Assembly: GCA_051294375.1 (NCBI GenBank)
Contig: CM119270.1
Span: forward strand, 13,673,833 to 13,737,832
DNA: 64,000 nucleotides
Reading direction: 5' to 3'
DNA from: Paraspadella gotoi
Lineage: Eukaryota; Animalia; Chaetognatha
The notes below the pieces were generated by a model, which did no database searches, was not told where the DNA came from, and saw nothing but the letters and a program-made list of their open reading frames with translations. Below, piece by piece: positions 26,101-39,122 of this stretch. A program made the translations under genes and the position numbers. Numbering within the stretch: the first letter of the stretch is position 1; each line of letters opens with the position of its first letter.

Positions 26101-26562
26101 AAAGAATAAGCGGAAATATGAAAGAGAAATAAAACCAAAATAAAATATTGAATTCAAATGAAATAGTTCGCAACCGCTCCGTCTACGGTAACTCACCCAA
26201 AAGTAAACTTGTTCCTGTCCACCTCGTTGAAGACTGTGTTCCCGGCGTAGAGAATCTTCGTGCCGGTGTTGAACTTCTCGTCGGCCTCCTTGAGCCAAAC
26301 GATCTTGGAGGTGTCTTCCTGGTCGCACTGAAAGCGAACGACGGCGCCGACGGGCTTGGCGATCTGGATGACGCGCTTCCCGAGAAGTGATGACCAAGTC
26401 GCGGAGAGAATGAGCGCCTAAAAGTCGACAGTTAAGAGGTAGTAGTTGAAATGGAGATTGTGTGACGTAAAAAAATTTCGAGAATTAAGACATGGTAACT
26501 ATCACCTGCAGCACCCTCATGTGCAGCGGCGTCCCCGTTCTAAGCGGCCCCAACGAAATCAT
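17173..26562 (-). CDS. Immunoglobulin-superfamily single-pass cell adhesion molecule (nectin/CADM-like), multi-exon
   Basis: Signal-like start (MRVLQ-ALILSATWSSLLG), V-type Ig (VRFQC...IVWLK...VTLVIRDLQVEDAGSYTC), second Ig (LSCAV...PTLSW...HGQHVRCIVIHE), further Ig-like exons (IKCDILVNPVPPMENITW), TM at ~19095-19200 (GLLVVLAVVLLIVVLVLVLCALVF-KK), long Pro-rich tail ending AVYV*. The middle exons appear twice because of the gap-flanking duplication. Confidence 0.82.
19312..19882. mobile_element. Tc1/mariner-type MITE
   Basis: TIRs CACTCATGTGAAAAAAAAA / (rc) CAGTCATGTGAAAAAAAAA, TA on both flanks, AT-rich non-coding interior. Confidence 0.75.
19892..20464 (-). mobile_element. DINE-1/HINE-like (Helentron-associated) non-autonomous element
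   Basis: Subterminal inverted repeat GCCGGATCTGC/GCAGATCCGGC, GTCY-type microsatellite, minus-strand end ...CTCAAACTTGTTT; related copies at 46922-47617 and 9764-10445. Confidence 0.62.
22181..22782. mobile_element. PIF/Harbinger-type MITE (second copy at ~24894-25505 in the duplicated segment)
   Basis: TIRs GGCGTAGTAAAA / (rc) GGCGTAGTGAAA, flanked by TAA/TTA, with loosely palindromic AT-rich interior. Confidence 0.65.
22848..22990 (+). repeat. Degenerate TTAGGG-like G-rich tract
   Basis: Repeated GGTGGTTAGGGT-type units; similar tracts at ~8749-8790 and ~51870-51970. Confidence 0.7.
23167..25866. repeat. Tandem near-identical copy of 20431-23141 across a 25-N gap (probable unmerged contig overlap)
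   Basis: Both copies start GAGAGCCGTAATCT and end AAATCGCGACGACTTA. Differences are mostly single-base indels, and the gap lies exactly at the junction (23142-23166). Confidence 0.9.
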
Positions 26563-29500
26563 GGTCCACAAACAGTCGTCTAAATCGCGAATGATTCAGT
26601 CGAAGCCGAAAATGTCAGCGACGAAATTCCGCACACGGGTTCCGACGACTCTCATTTTTCTCATTGTTCAAGACTCGGTCTAAAAGTGAAGGAAAAAAAT
26701 ACTGAGGGCGTCCACAAATACAGCCACACCCTTCATTAGTCGATGTCGACTGTCAAGATAAAAAACGAAAGTCATGCAGCGTCAAAGTCACCCCAAACCA
26801 AGCAGGTCAAGCAAATAATTTGTTTGTTTTTCGGACGAACAATTCCGCAAACATCCGTCATTCATGAAGGATATTCTTGTATGATTTACGTCATCTACGT
26901 CGTCAAATTTTTCTTTGTCCTTATCGTAAACGATTTACCAAGAATTCAAGCAATTTGTGAGAGAAAAGTTATAATTTTATTTTACAACAATATTGCCATT
27001 TTTTCAATTTTTTTCAAGTTCGGGTCGTCTCGCCCCGAATATTTCTTTGTCGTCTTAATTTTTAGTCATTTTTGGCCTCGGGTCTCTCGAGTCGCATAAC
27101 GTAATTATATAGAAGCCAAATCTTGGTGACTAGATTTACTCGACCAGCCCTATTATGTAAAGACAAATTCAAATCTACATTTTTTAAATAAATGTAACAT
27201 AATTCCGATATAAATTAAACCGCTTATAGTTATAACGAGAAAAAAAAGGTAATTTTCATTCTTTCGCCAAAAAGTCGGGTTGGATAAATGTCGTTTTATG
27301 AATGTCGTTAATAATTTAATCACATCCTCGCCGTTTTATTGATAATTTTGACAAAGTCTGAGGTCACGCCTCAAGAGTCAAGGGTGATTTTTTTTCATTC
27401 CGATAAACAACAGGGGAAAAAACCTCGATTGTTTTAAGTTTGATTAATTGTCGTGAGAACGAGTTGAGGTTGAATGTCCCGATGTTACACATCAAAGTGA
27501 AAAAATATTTTCAGCGTAGTATGCAAAAACACTTCCTAGGTATCATTTCCCGGTGGAATAATCGGACAATGATATAATTAAGGCGAAATTTCGGAAGCCG
27601 GATTACCTATAAAAAAATTTTTTTGAGAATTTTAACGATCTAAAAATAAAACAAAAACTCATAGACGTAACTTCCGTGGTGTTTATAATCGTTTGACATA
27701 ATTAACCGCATTTTAGAGTCTTAGCAAATTCATTCCGGTGGCCAATAATCAAACGACGAAGATATTAATTTAAACCGTGAGAAGAGGATCTAATTTTCCG
27801 CGGCTCGGTATGTGAGAGACTGGGCGATACAAAAGTGGAAAGCTCTCTCTCTCTCACACACTCCCTCCTAGTGTTACTCTCTAGTTGCATCTCCTGCTCA
27901 TGAGATGCACTGGGAAACCAGATGTCAATACCGGGCGAAAGAGAGCGAGAGAATCACGGAGGAAGAGGCGCGCCGTTCTGACGGGACGCCGAGGGGGAGC
28001 GGGAAGAGGAAGAGGGTTATGAGGAGGAAGACGGGAGGAAATGAGAAGAAGAGGATTGGACGATGGATGAAAAACCCCGAATCGGGGAGAGAGAAACCTC
28101 ATATACATTTATATGACTTAACGGTGACAACAATGACTGAGGAGAATATAAAAAGAAGCTCGGGAAACGCGTGAGGAAAAAAAAATGAAGAGGGAGAAGA
28201 AAAGGAAAGCGGGAACACTTTATTTTCTCTTGCAAGCGAGCATCTAGCAATGAGAAAATAATTAGTAGGCAATTAGGCATTATTAATCGTCAATTAGTGG
28301 AATGAAGTTAAACAGTTAAACAGATTCTGTGAGCGTACATTTATACCCATATATCTAACAAACCCGATTTTTTGAAAAACTAAACTGTAAACATAAAACA
28401 TTAAAATTTCCTTTTGGGGTCAAATATTAAAAAAAATGACCATTTTTGTTTCCGGCATTAATTTAAGAAAAACTCCTCATATCTGTCGTCAGCCGCCAGA
28501 CATTGACGTTTTAAACATGAAACAAACATTTTAGAACTAAAATTGATAATTTTTCAATAATTAAGCATGGTTTATCGTTTTACTTAAAATTTTTCCAAAT
28601 TTTTCCAAATCCGCTGATGTCCATGAAGCTGAAAATTAAGGTAAACTAATATTTTTGAGGTAATAAATACATCTTTGTTTATGTGCAACTGTTGAAAACA
28701 AAAAAAAAATTTGAACATTTTTTGCCCCAAAGGGTGACCTCCCCCGGGGTCCCATATCTCGGCTCAGCGGTCAATATTGAAATTCGCCTCGATAGTTCTA
28801 TTAGTATTCACTTAGAGATCTTTCATACCAAATTTTAATAAATTTGCTCCAGTAGTTTTCTCGGAACGAGTTCTGCTCACAAAAAAGGGGTACTGTGGCG
28901 GTATATTCACACCGCCTCATGTCCACCATCCTTCAGCCAAATCCATTGGCTCAAAGGGGGAACACACCATCCAGGCGTAGTGTTTCATCCACAGTCCTAA
29001 CGACTTCCCTCTGCGTTGGCAAAGCGAGAACCGTCCTAGGGTAACCGCGCCAGTGACTGGAGGCGTCACTGAGGTCGGAAGCCCCCAAAGCCACAGTGAG
29101 ATGCCCCATCCCAATGGCATCACAGGCAACCGGCTGTTGCCATAGTTACCTCATTTAAACATGAAGCCTTCTGTATATAAAACTGTCCTCTGGTTAGACT
29201 TATGAAATTTTTATGACTGGGAACAATATTAGTTACGTATTTTCAATTTAAGATTTTACGAATCCAGATTTTTTTCTTCCTCAAAATCGAAGTGTAACTT
29301 TGCCATATCCTCATATCAGTCCCGAACACCATGCGACAAAAAAAAAGAACATTATCATAAAGAGGTCACTATTTCTGCACATAATATTTTTATAACCAAC
29401 TCGTGTAAATGCATCAGTGAGTAGTGATTTTTTTAAAATTCTGGTTCTGTTGGATATCTGAATAAATATAAAAAATTTCAAATTCCAATCTCACTTTTTA

Positions 29501-30083
29501 GCTTTCAAAGTTCTACATGCGGTCATTACATGGCCCTAACATGGGGTAACAAAAGAAATTAAAATTCAGAGAGCACCGAGATAGCTATTTTTGTAAATGT
29601 TTTTTGGTTCAACTGGTTAACTTTTTGACGAAACTAAGATAATTTCGAACTGACCAACTGGATCATAGAAAGAAGAAAGGACGCACAAAGTATTTCCGAT
29701 TAGCACCTAAGCCTTGGGAAATTTTTTTTATTTCATCACTCATCGGTTGGCACAAACGGCGGCACAAAAACACGCTTTAAACATACTGGATGATCACAAC
29801 TAAATCTCTATAGGGGCTTTAAATTTTTTCTCTAAGGACAAGACGAAAAATGAAAAAAAAAACCGTAATTAAAATCAGTAACACAAATATTTGAGTGTCG
29901 GGTTAAATTTTAGCGAATTTACCGAAAAATCGAGAGAGAGTCGAGTTAATAAACGCAGCCGAGTGGGCAAGCACACACACATATGTTCGACGACTCACTT
30001 GAAAGGAAACCTAAATTTTGAAGTTTGTGTTTCTATCTATTTTTGTCTCTGTCTCTCTCTCTCTCTCACATCAAGCTTCACGC

Positions 30084-33000
30084 TCAATCCAAGTCTTCGG
30101 AACTCATCTCTCGCAACTCATTCTGCGGTTCAGCGACAGGGGTTTGTGGCTGCTCAATAATCTCGTCGCCGCTTCCAAGCCCCTCGTCCATTTCGTCGCT
30201 GCTCCGCCGATCCTTGGAGTCGGCCTCGGAAGACGTGGAGCCGGCGTCCTTGGCCGAAGTGGCGGCGGCGCTGGGCGTCACCGTAGACGCCACGGCCGGT
30301 GACAAGGCCGGTGCCCCTGGCGCTGATCCACCATAACTTCGTTGCTGTTGCTGCTTGCGGACCTCGTTGCGCAGGGATTCCAGCTCCTTTTGCGACACAT
30401 GGACGAAGAGGATCCCGTTGATGACGTTGAGCAGCTCTAGCACGCTGGAGAGTGACGGCGGTGCTACCTGGATCGGCGGCAGCGCCGCCATCTTCTCTCC
30501 CTTGTAGATCTCGTTCATCTTCTTCTGGAAAATGACGGCCTGCTTGGTGAGGTGCTTGAGGCATTCGCTACTTTCGCGCGTCTTGTCGTGCTCCTCGCCC
30601 AGCTGCGAGCGATAAATGGCGTATGTCTCTTTCTCGCTGCTCAGCGCCGAACGGAAGTCACCGCGGCAACTCTGCACGCGGGCGACGAAGTGGCAGCTCA
30701 GCGCCGTTTTGAGGCTGGTCTCTCCAAAGTAGTGCCGGTTCAACGAGAGGGCGTTTTCGAGGAACTTGAGGGCGAGATCGAACTCGCCCACTGCGTGGAG
30801 GATAAGGCCGATGTTAGAGTCGAAGAGCGCCACTTCCGGGTGACGCTCGCCGTGGCACAGCAGCGCCAAGTATCGGGCCCGGTAAAAAAGTTTCAGGGCC
30901 GAAGTGACGTGACCGTTGGCGAAGCAGTAAAGGCCGAGGTTGGCGTACTCGGTGACAGTGTGGGGGTGATCCAGGCCAAGAACGCGTTCGGTCATCAGAC
31001 AAGCTTTTTGTTGGTAGCAGAGCGCCTCACCGTGATCGCCTGACGAGACAGAGAAGTCCAACATTTAACTTTTTCCAAATCGCTTCGCTTTAAGTTTCGA
31101 CTCTTTTTCTCACCCATAATGTAGTTAAGTCTGGCGAGGAGTCGGAGACAGGCGGCGATTTCGGGATGCATGGCGCCGTAGACGTTGTTGAGCAAATTCA
31201 ACGCCTCCGTGATCAGTTCGTATCCTTCTTTAAGCAGACCTGGTTACAAAAAAAATATTTTGTAAACTTTTGTATACTACTAAATTCATTTTCCGCCAAG
31301 AAACGAACCCTGTTGGACTTTGCTCTGCCCGGAATTGAAGAAATGGTAGGCGTCGGTGGCTTTGGGGTTGATGTGCTTGACGATGGGGTACATGCCCATA
31401 ACGTCTTCGGGTTGAAAGGCCGCGGATCTGGCGCCACCGGTGGGCGACCTCTTGGCGCCGCTGCCGCCCCCGGCCGTGGGGCTGGGGACGGGGGAAGGAA
31501 CGCCAGAATCGCGGGACGGCGGCGATGAAGTCTCTTCCTCGAGAGCGTAGTCGCGGAGCTGAAGTTGAATACCGACTTTTAAACAGAAGTTACGAAGGAT
31601 GGCTACGCGTGAGGCTTCGACCGAAGAGCAGAACGATTCCATCGACTCGTCTGGAAAAGTGTGAAGAGAAGCCGATTTAGTCCTCTCACTCTCCCCCCTC
31701 TTCTCTCTTCACTCTCCTCCTCTCTCTCTCACTCTCCTCCTCTTCTCTCTCACTCTCCCCCCTCTTCTCTCTCACTCTCCCCCCTCTTCTCTCTCACTCT
31801 CCCCCTCTTCTCTCTCACTCTCCCCCTCTTTCTCTCTCACTCTCCCCCCTCTTCTCTCTCTCTCTCCCCTCTTCTCTCTCTCTCCCCCGCCCATATTACC
31901 TTCGGCAAATTTCCACAGGAAATGAGCCTCTGCGTCGGCGCGAATTTTAGTCCAGAGATCGGCGCCGGTCGTGGATCTCCACTCGTCGCTCTCGGTCGAC
32001 CGCTTCATCGAAGACGAGGCGGTCGTCGTCGAGTTCGTCGACTTCCGGTTCTTGCCCTTCTTTCTCTTGGCGGCCTTGCGGTTGTCGTTGAAGTTCATGG
32101 AAGCGGCGTTGCCGTTGGCCGCATTCGCGGAGGCGTTGGCGGCGTGATTGGCGTTGTTTCCGATGCTCGAAGGGGCAGAGGGTGAGACGTCGGGGGATGG
32201 GAAGACGGAGGAGGGATCGCCGTCGCCGGCGACGCCGAAGAAGCAGTTGAGAAAATGGGCGATGGCCGCCGCCATGGAGTCTTGGGGGACGGACTGGGGA
32301 ATTTTTGGGAACAGAGAAATGAAATGGATTAAACAAAGATAACAATTATAATTTGTCTTCCTTCATAGATAAAACACTCATATCGTACCTGCAAATAAGC
32401 CTGAAAGACGTGCTTTGCGGAGCGGACTAGAATTTCGGTAAGGACTATGGTGAGGAAGTAATCAAGCTCAGGGACTTTGGCGAGGCGTTGGGCGAGTTTT
32501 CCCAAGTAACGGATATTGATTCCGCGTTGGTGCATGGCCTCCGTGAGGGTGATGCCGTCGATAGGAGAGGAGGTGTGATCCATCGAGTCTCGAATTAAAG
32601 CCGGAATCTTGACAAGAAAAAACGGGTTTTCAGCAGGAGTTAATATTTATATAAAATTTATTAATAAATCTTAGATGTTAACTTAATTCTGCCACGAATG
32701 AAGTCACCTGATAAGCGAGCAAAAAGTCAGCGGCCTCGACGACAAGGCGCTTTTCCTTCTCTACGACCTCGAGGTCTTCCGGTGTCTGAGGATGGCGAAC
32801 GCCGGCTTGGAAAATGTCAGGGTTGAAGCGAATGTCGAACTCGTCGTCGGCAAGGCTGCTAACAGCCTGGGCCGACCTTTTGACAATCTCCTTGGAGACC
32901 TTCTCGAAGGACTCCGCGCCGGCCGGGTCGGCGGAGTCGGCGGGATCATCAGGCTTCTTGGCCTCATTTGACGCTGAGGCAGGGGAATCTTCCGGATCCG

Positions 33001-36000
33001 AAGCTTCTCTTCGATGCTTCGTGGATTCGGGGATGAGCGTCTCCACGATCTTCTTTGCCTCTTTGATTTCGCGCTCTTCGCTGTCGCCGCGCGTCGACTT
33101 AAGTGCCGCTTCGATGGCCTCAACGTGGCACCGGCGCTTTCCTTCTTCAGGCGAAAGCGTTTCGGACATCGTCGTTTCGGCGTTTAGGTTAGCAGCCTCT
33201 ACGCCTGAAGCTTTGTCGGTCGGCCCCTTTGCTTCTCCGGCGCCAGCCGCCGAAGCCTCTGCCTTTGGCGCGACATCCTTGATCGTTGCCAGCTTTCGAT
33301 CGATGAAATGCTGCTGGAATCTCAATTGCTGAAACTGCAGCGCAGCGTGCTTTACGAACTGAACGTAGCGCGCTTCAATAAAGGTGTCGATCAACTCCTG
33401 ACGCAGGCACACTAGGCGGTGCTTGTGTTGGACGGGGAAACCGAGCTCGCGGGCGACGGCGCCGACTTCGCCACCACCCTCGGCGCGAAGGTAGTTCACG
33501 TCGGGCGGGAAAGTGCGAAGAAGGTCGAGAATGTAGTGGCGCCCGTCGTTACCGACAATTCCCTTGCATTCGATGGAAGAGAAAAGCTCCACCGGGCTGT
33601 CCTTTTCATCGAGGACGCGGTGCGGTCTAATCTTGAGCGCTTCCGCAGTCTTGCGTAGGAGATCCTGGTACTTGGGGTCAACGACGACGGTCTTGCCGAA
33701 GTCGATGGAGCCGTAAACTACAGACTGCTCCTGCTCACGGTCAAGAATGCCCGGGATGATGCTCTGGGCGGTGATGCGAAAGCCGCGGTAGTCGAGCACC
33801 ACAGTGCCAAGGGTGTACAGACCTTCCACATCGATGCCCGAGTAAGCCTTCACGCCTTGGAGGTCGTTTGCTGGGGCGCTGAAGGCGGCCGCGTCGCCGC
33901 CGAATTCTTTGTAGTGATCCTAAAGGCATGAGATTAAAAATTTTAAAAAGTTAGAAATAAATACATATAGACAAAAAAAAACTAATTGTTAAACAACTAC
34001 GCATGTAAATACACAATAAATACACAATTTTTGGAAAAATCCGACCTTAACGTCAAATCCAAGGGAGAAGAAGATGTTGTTCCAAATGAACATCTGCATC
34101 TTTGGATCTTCTCCTGGGTTGATGGCCATAACGTTCCCGTCAACAACAGAGATGGCGCCCTTTGTTGCCGCCATCACAAAGTCGCTGTGAACCTGAAAAA
34201 ATGTGAAGAAAATCTACATTTTTTCCGTCCCATTTTATTACAAACCACTAAATAAACGAAAGTCAAATAATTCAACTGAATTTTTTATATTCTAATAAAA
34301 CAGTTTTATTAATTCCTCAGATAAGTAATAATTTCTGCAAAACAAGTATAAATATAAGAACTTAAGATTGGCCTTAAACTAGGCACTCGTAAAATATATA
34401 ACTACGCTGGGCATTTGTTTTTTTAACCTTGAACATGGCCCTCTCGCGGACGAGCCTGTCCGGCAGAGATTTTCTGGCCAACTCCCTCGTCGTCTGAATC
34501 TCTTCATTCCAGTCGCGAGTTTGTGCCGGAAGATGTTCTTCGTAGCCCAACTTGGATGAGAAGGCGTCTTCGGCGCGGATCGGATCGACGGAGTGTTCCA
34601 ATGAGGGGGATAACCAGGTGTAGACTGATTGGAAAATAGTTTTAATAATATGGTTTCGGTACAGTACATAGTCTTACAAATGTATTCTAGGAGAAGTTAA
34701 AAATGGAAATAGAAAGAGTGAGAGAGAGACCTTGATAAGGCGTGGCAACTCTTTCAAAGGGATGCTTATTGACTCGACGTTTGGTGAGGGCGGCAAAGTT
34801 CTTGCGGAAGTGTGGGGAGATCTGATTGAGGAGCTCGATGAGAGAGTGGAAGACTTCGCTCTCCGTTGGTCGCGGGTCGAACGAATCGTCGGTGCAGTTG
34901 TTGAGGTAAAATCCTTGGAAAAACAAATGGATGGAGAAAATGTAACAAGTTTGGACTTGACCATCGTTAGAAATTCCTGTGCGTTTTCTTTATCTTTTTT
35001 ATAAATACCTTTCGTGCAGGAGGTGACGTGAAACTTTTTATCCTCCATCGTCACGACGTACAAATAAATGAGGTCTCCTTGCAGGCGACGATTTCCCGGA
35101 GGGGGGTTCCAACCCGAGAGCGCCATGGCCTTGAGGCACACGGGCCCTTTTGATTCCTTGGGCGAGAGAGGGTGGAGGAAGGTGAGCGGCGGAGGCTTGG
35201 CGCCCGGCATAATCATTTCCGGCGGAGTGCAGTCGATGGCATCGGGAATGCGGGAGCGACGCTTTGCCATGTCCGGGAGAGTCATCGTCACGTCTCCGCC
35301 TTTCGGAAGGACGAACGTACAGGAGGAATCGGGTAACGAACAAATAAAACGGCGTCTCAATCTCACCCGTGATGTGATTAAGAATGGAGAGCGACGCCCC
35401 GTCGTGACCCATGTATGCGTCCGTCATGTCGACGCTCTTAAGTAAATCGCGAATATGCCTGACGTGGATGCGCGCCTCCCGGATGCTGTAGGGCTCCTCG
35501 ACAACGTGCAGAGTCGCGCCGTCGCACAATTCGGGGATTGTCTTTAACTCGGAAAAAGCGTCCAAAGGACCCGGCCTTGAATAAAAATAACGGAGGGGAA
35601 GAATTATTGTCAATACAAAACTATAATATATACGTATACATACGTATATATTATATAATATATTAACGTATAATTAGTTTGTTATTTTAATATTACATAA
35701 CTGGACACCATTTCTTAAGTTTATATACATGAAGGAAATTTTCAAAATTATCTGCATCTGCTCGGTGATCACCTTCCGTCAATATGCAGCGAAAAGCAGG
35801 TGCGGTGACAGGTGTCCTCACGGTCCATAAGCACCTGGTGAATCTCCTGCACCAGCTCCATGGAAGAGACTTGGAGATCGAAGGGTTCAACGACCCCGGG
35901 GGCCAAGATTTTCACGGTGAAACTCGTGTCTTGAATGAGGATTACCTCTTGCTCTGCTCCGCTTCCCGATTCTTTCTCTGGTTTTCCATCTCCTTCCTTT

Positions 36001-36682
36001 TCTTCCTCCTTTTCTTCCTCCCTTCCTTCCTTCACCTCTTCAGCCTCCACTTTCGGTTCCGCGGCGTCGGCGGCGGGGTCATCGTCCTCCGAAGACGCCT
36101 TAGAGTCATCCTCGGAGTTGCCCGGGCTTGCCGGACATTCTGGGATAATAAGGGAAGATGCTTAAATCTAATTCTTAAAAGGCCTTCTAATTCACAAAAT
36201 ATAATTCCTCACCTATTGCCAAATTTCATTCCATAATATAAATATCTCAATTCTTAGCAATTAAAGAGGTAAAAGAAATTACTAACGGACAAAAATATTG
36301 TTTTATACAATTGAAATAGTTCGTGAAAATATTATCCCACTTCAAGCCAAGTAATCTGGGATGGTAATAAACTAGAATGTGAAAGTCTTGATTGAAAGCT
36401 AAGTTACTAATTAGCCTGCCATTTATTAAGCTAATGAAGTTTTATAATGGTTGCATGAATACCAGTGTCAGAATTCGGGGCGGGCGAAGAATTGTCTTTA
36501 ATAGGGCATTCCATCATCGTCGAGGAAGTCGGGCAATCCCCGGCAGCTCCGTCGACGAAGGCGTCCGCACCGACGACGGCGATGCTATTCTGTTTTTGCC
36601 GCAAAGTCGGAGTTCCAATGTCATTCAGAAATTCCGAAGAAGAACCGCGTGCATCTGAACCGGCGATCGTTTCATCTGCCAT
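30084..36682 (-). CDS. CLUH: Clustered mitochondria protein homolog (CLUH/clueless), multi-exon
   Basis: Motifs [122 protein letters not shown] and C-terminal TPR repeats ([11 protein letters not shown]). Confidence 0.97.
31682..31888. repeat. CT-rich minisatellite making up most of a CLUH intron
   Basis: About 20-bp units of CTCTCACTCTCCCCCTCTT. Confidence 0.9.
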
Positions 36683-39122
36683 TCGGAGAGAAACCACGGC
36701 GATTGTCTTTTTTTCGAAAATTTTTTTTTTTAACAATTTCTATTTTAGGAAAATTATCGGCCGGGTTTTTTATAAAGCGAAAAACAGACGAGGATTACGA
36801 CGGAAAAAATCAACAAGATTTTACTTAACACGAGGAAGAGAGAGAAGGAGAGCGTGGTTTCGAAAAGAGGATGAGGTTGTTACGAGAAAAGGAGAGAGCG
36901 AAAACGAGCGAGACAGAGAGAGAGAAGCGAATAGAGAACGAGGAAGGTTAAAATCTTCTTGTTTCACTCCACTTTTGCCCTTGTAACGCGTTGTTGTCGT
37001 CCGCCGCGAGAGGCGCTCAGTATCGAAGACTCGAGGTCGAAAGGATAAGAGGAGGAAGAGGATTGACAAAAGAACATCGCCTAATCCCCGAACAGGTTTT
37101 CCGGTTCATCGTCGAAAGGGCGATTTGATTACCACCTCAGCTCAAGAGAGATTTCATTCCTCCCTTTCTGCTTTTACGCTCTCTCGTTCTCAACTATGTA
37201 TAGTTTTCACGACACTCTTCCTCTTCCTCTTAACAATACAAATAACCTGATAAACGCGAGATTAGGTCTTTTTCTTTGTAGCGAACAAATTACTAACCTA
37301 CTATTCGCGTAACTTTGCTCGAATAAACTGTCGAGAGTTTTTCAACATGTACTGCATGACAGGGAAAGCTCCTTGGTTTTCTAAGACTAAGCATTAAGCA
37401 AGCTGTTTTCACAGAATTTTTAAAGGACCTTTAATTCTGTAAACAAATACGATAAATACGATTAACAAGAATGATGTCTAATATCTAATTAAAAAACTAG
37501 GTCAAAAAGTAAGTTATATCCTTGCGTTGTATAGATGATACCTATATTTCCAGAAGATAACACGAGCATCCCTCTAAATAAAGAATATAATTACATCTAA
37601 TATATAGTGAAATATATTAAATTTTTATATTTATTTTTAGATTTAATCCAATTTACGAAGTAAAACAAGTAATCTTGCAATCTGACGATAATACTACTAC
37701 TAGTAAGATCATTATTTGTGAATGAAAAATGTTTTTCTGGTATTTTAATTAATGAAAATAAAGAAATCGATCAAACATCACGTATTTGCACATTTATAAT
37801 ATATACAAGCATTTTAACGTTATATCACTCTATAATGCTTTAGCTAATTTACAAACAAAAAGTATTAAGATAATATATCTAGTTTTATAACCTGTCAGGG
37901 AAATACCGACCGACCGACTATAGACCGTGGGTGAGTTGCTCACCCTAGTTGAGTGAGAAAAAAGAAATTTAACAAATAAATTTTAAAATATTAGCTATCT
38001 ACGTATATTTCCGAATAATCTTCGGACCGACAAATTACATAACACCATATATCGACAAATAAACCCTGGAAACAGACAAATAGCCGGACTGGAATACGGA
38101 TGGCCTCAAGGCGGCGTGTGAAATCGAAGTCCATCGTGGAAAAAAATGAACACGGGCGACCTCAGATCTTTTCGAGCGAAATTTAATTACTATAAGTCTA
38201 TCCCAGTCAGCTGAGGACGATGCCCTATGCCTTTCCTTTCTTTTCCTTCCCTTTTCCTCTCACATTGAAATCAAGAATAATTAATGAGAATAAAATGAAG
38301 AAAATGGTAACAATTTGTTCGATGAATAAAGTTTTTTTTTTTTAAACGAACGCACGCATACGTTAGCAAACAGAAATCCTCCATCACATCTGCCTCGAGA
38401 GTCACGTGCTCTATCCTTTCTTCCTTCCTCCACTCAAAAAACAAAACGACGTCAATGATGGGAAATGTGTTGATTCCATTCGTGTTTTCCCGCCGAAGAG
38501 TCAGGAGCAATAATAGCTTACTCACCAACACCATGGATGGAACCGAAATAAGACACTTTTTTTGTCTACATTAATGTGGGAATATTTTTTTGTTTAATTT
38601 TTTAATATCCAAAAATCGAATCAAAACCCCATGAGTAATTTAGTATACAGGGATAAAACAAAAACAGTGCAAATAATTCCCTTTAATATACTAATCGACC
38701 TTCCAATATGCCCGCAGGACGTACAAAATCAGACTTGCTCTCGTCATTAGTCATCTTCGTCGTATTCATCGTTTAAAATTTTTCATAATTCTAAGGGTCA
38801 TTTTATATCTTGTTGTTAAATATTTTTTTAAATTAGTCCTCGCTGATATATATTCTGTCTCAAAATGGATAATTTAAAATTTTTCTATTTACATAGTTTT
38901 GATAAACTAACGAGTTGACAAACCTTTTTTTATCGATTTCTCTTTAAATTAAAGTTTAATGACGTTCAATGCGAAATCCCCAAGCAGGGACAGGTCGAGC
39001 CATTTTTCAAACCGAGAACAACATTATGAGGGAAATAAATTGTTGTATCGACTACAATTCATTTCTAAATTTTTTTTTCCCAATGTCGCAGCAAAATAAA
39101 AGGCGATGACTCGGATTCGAAC

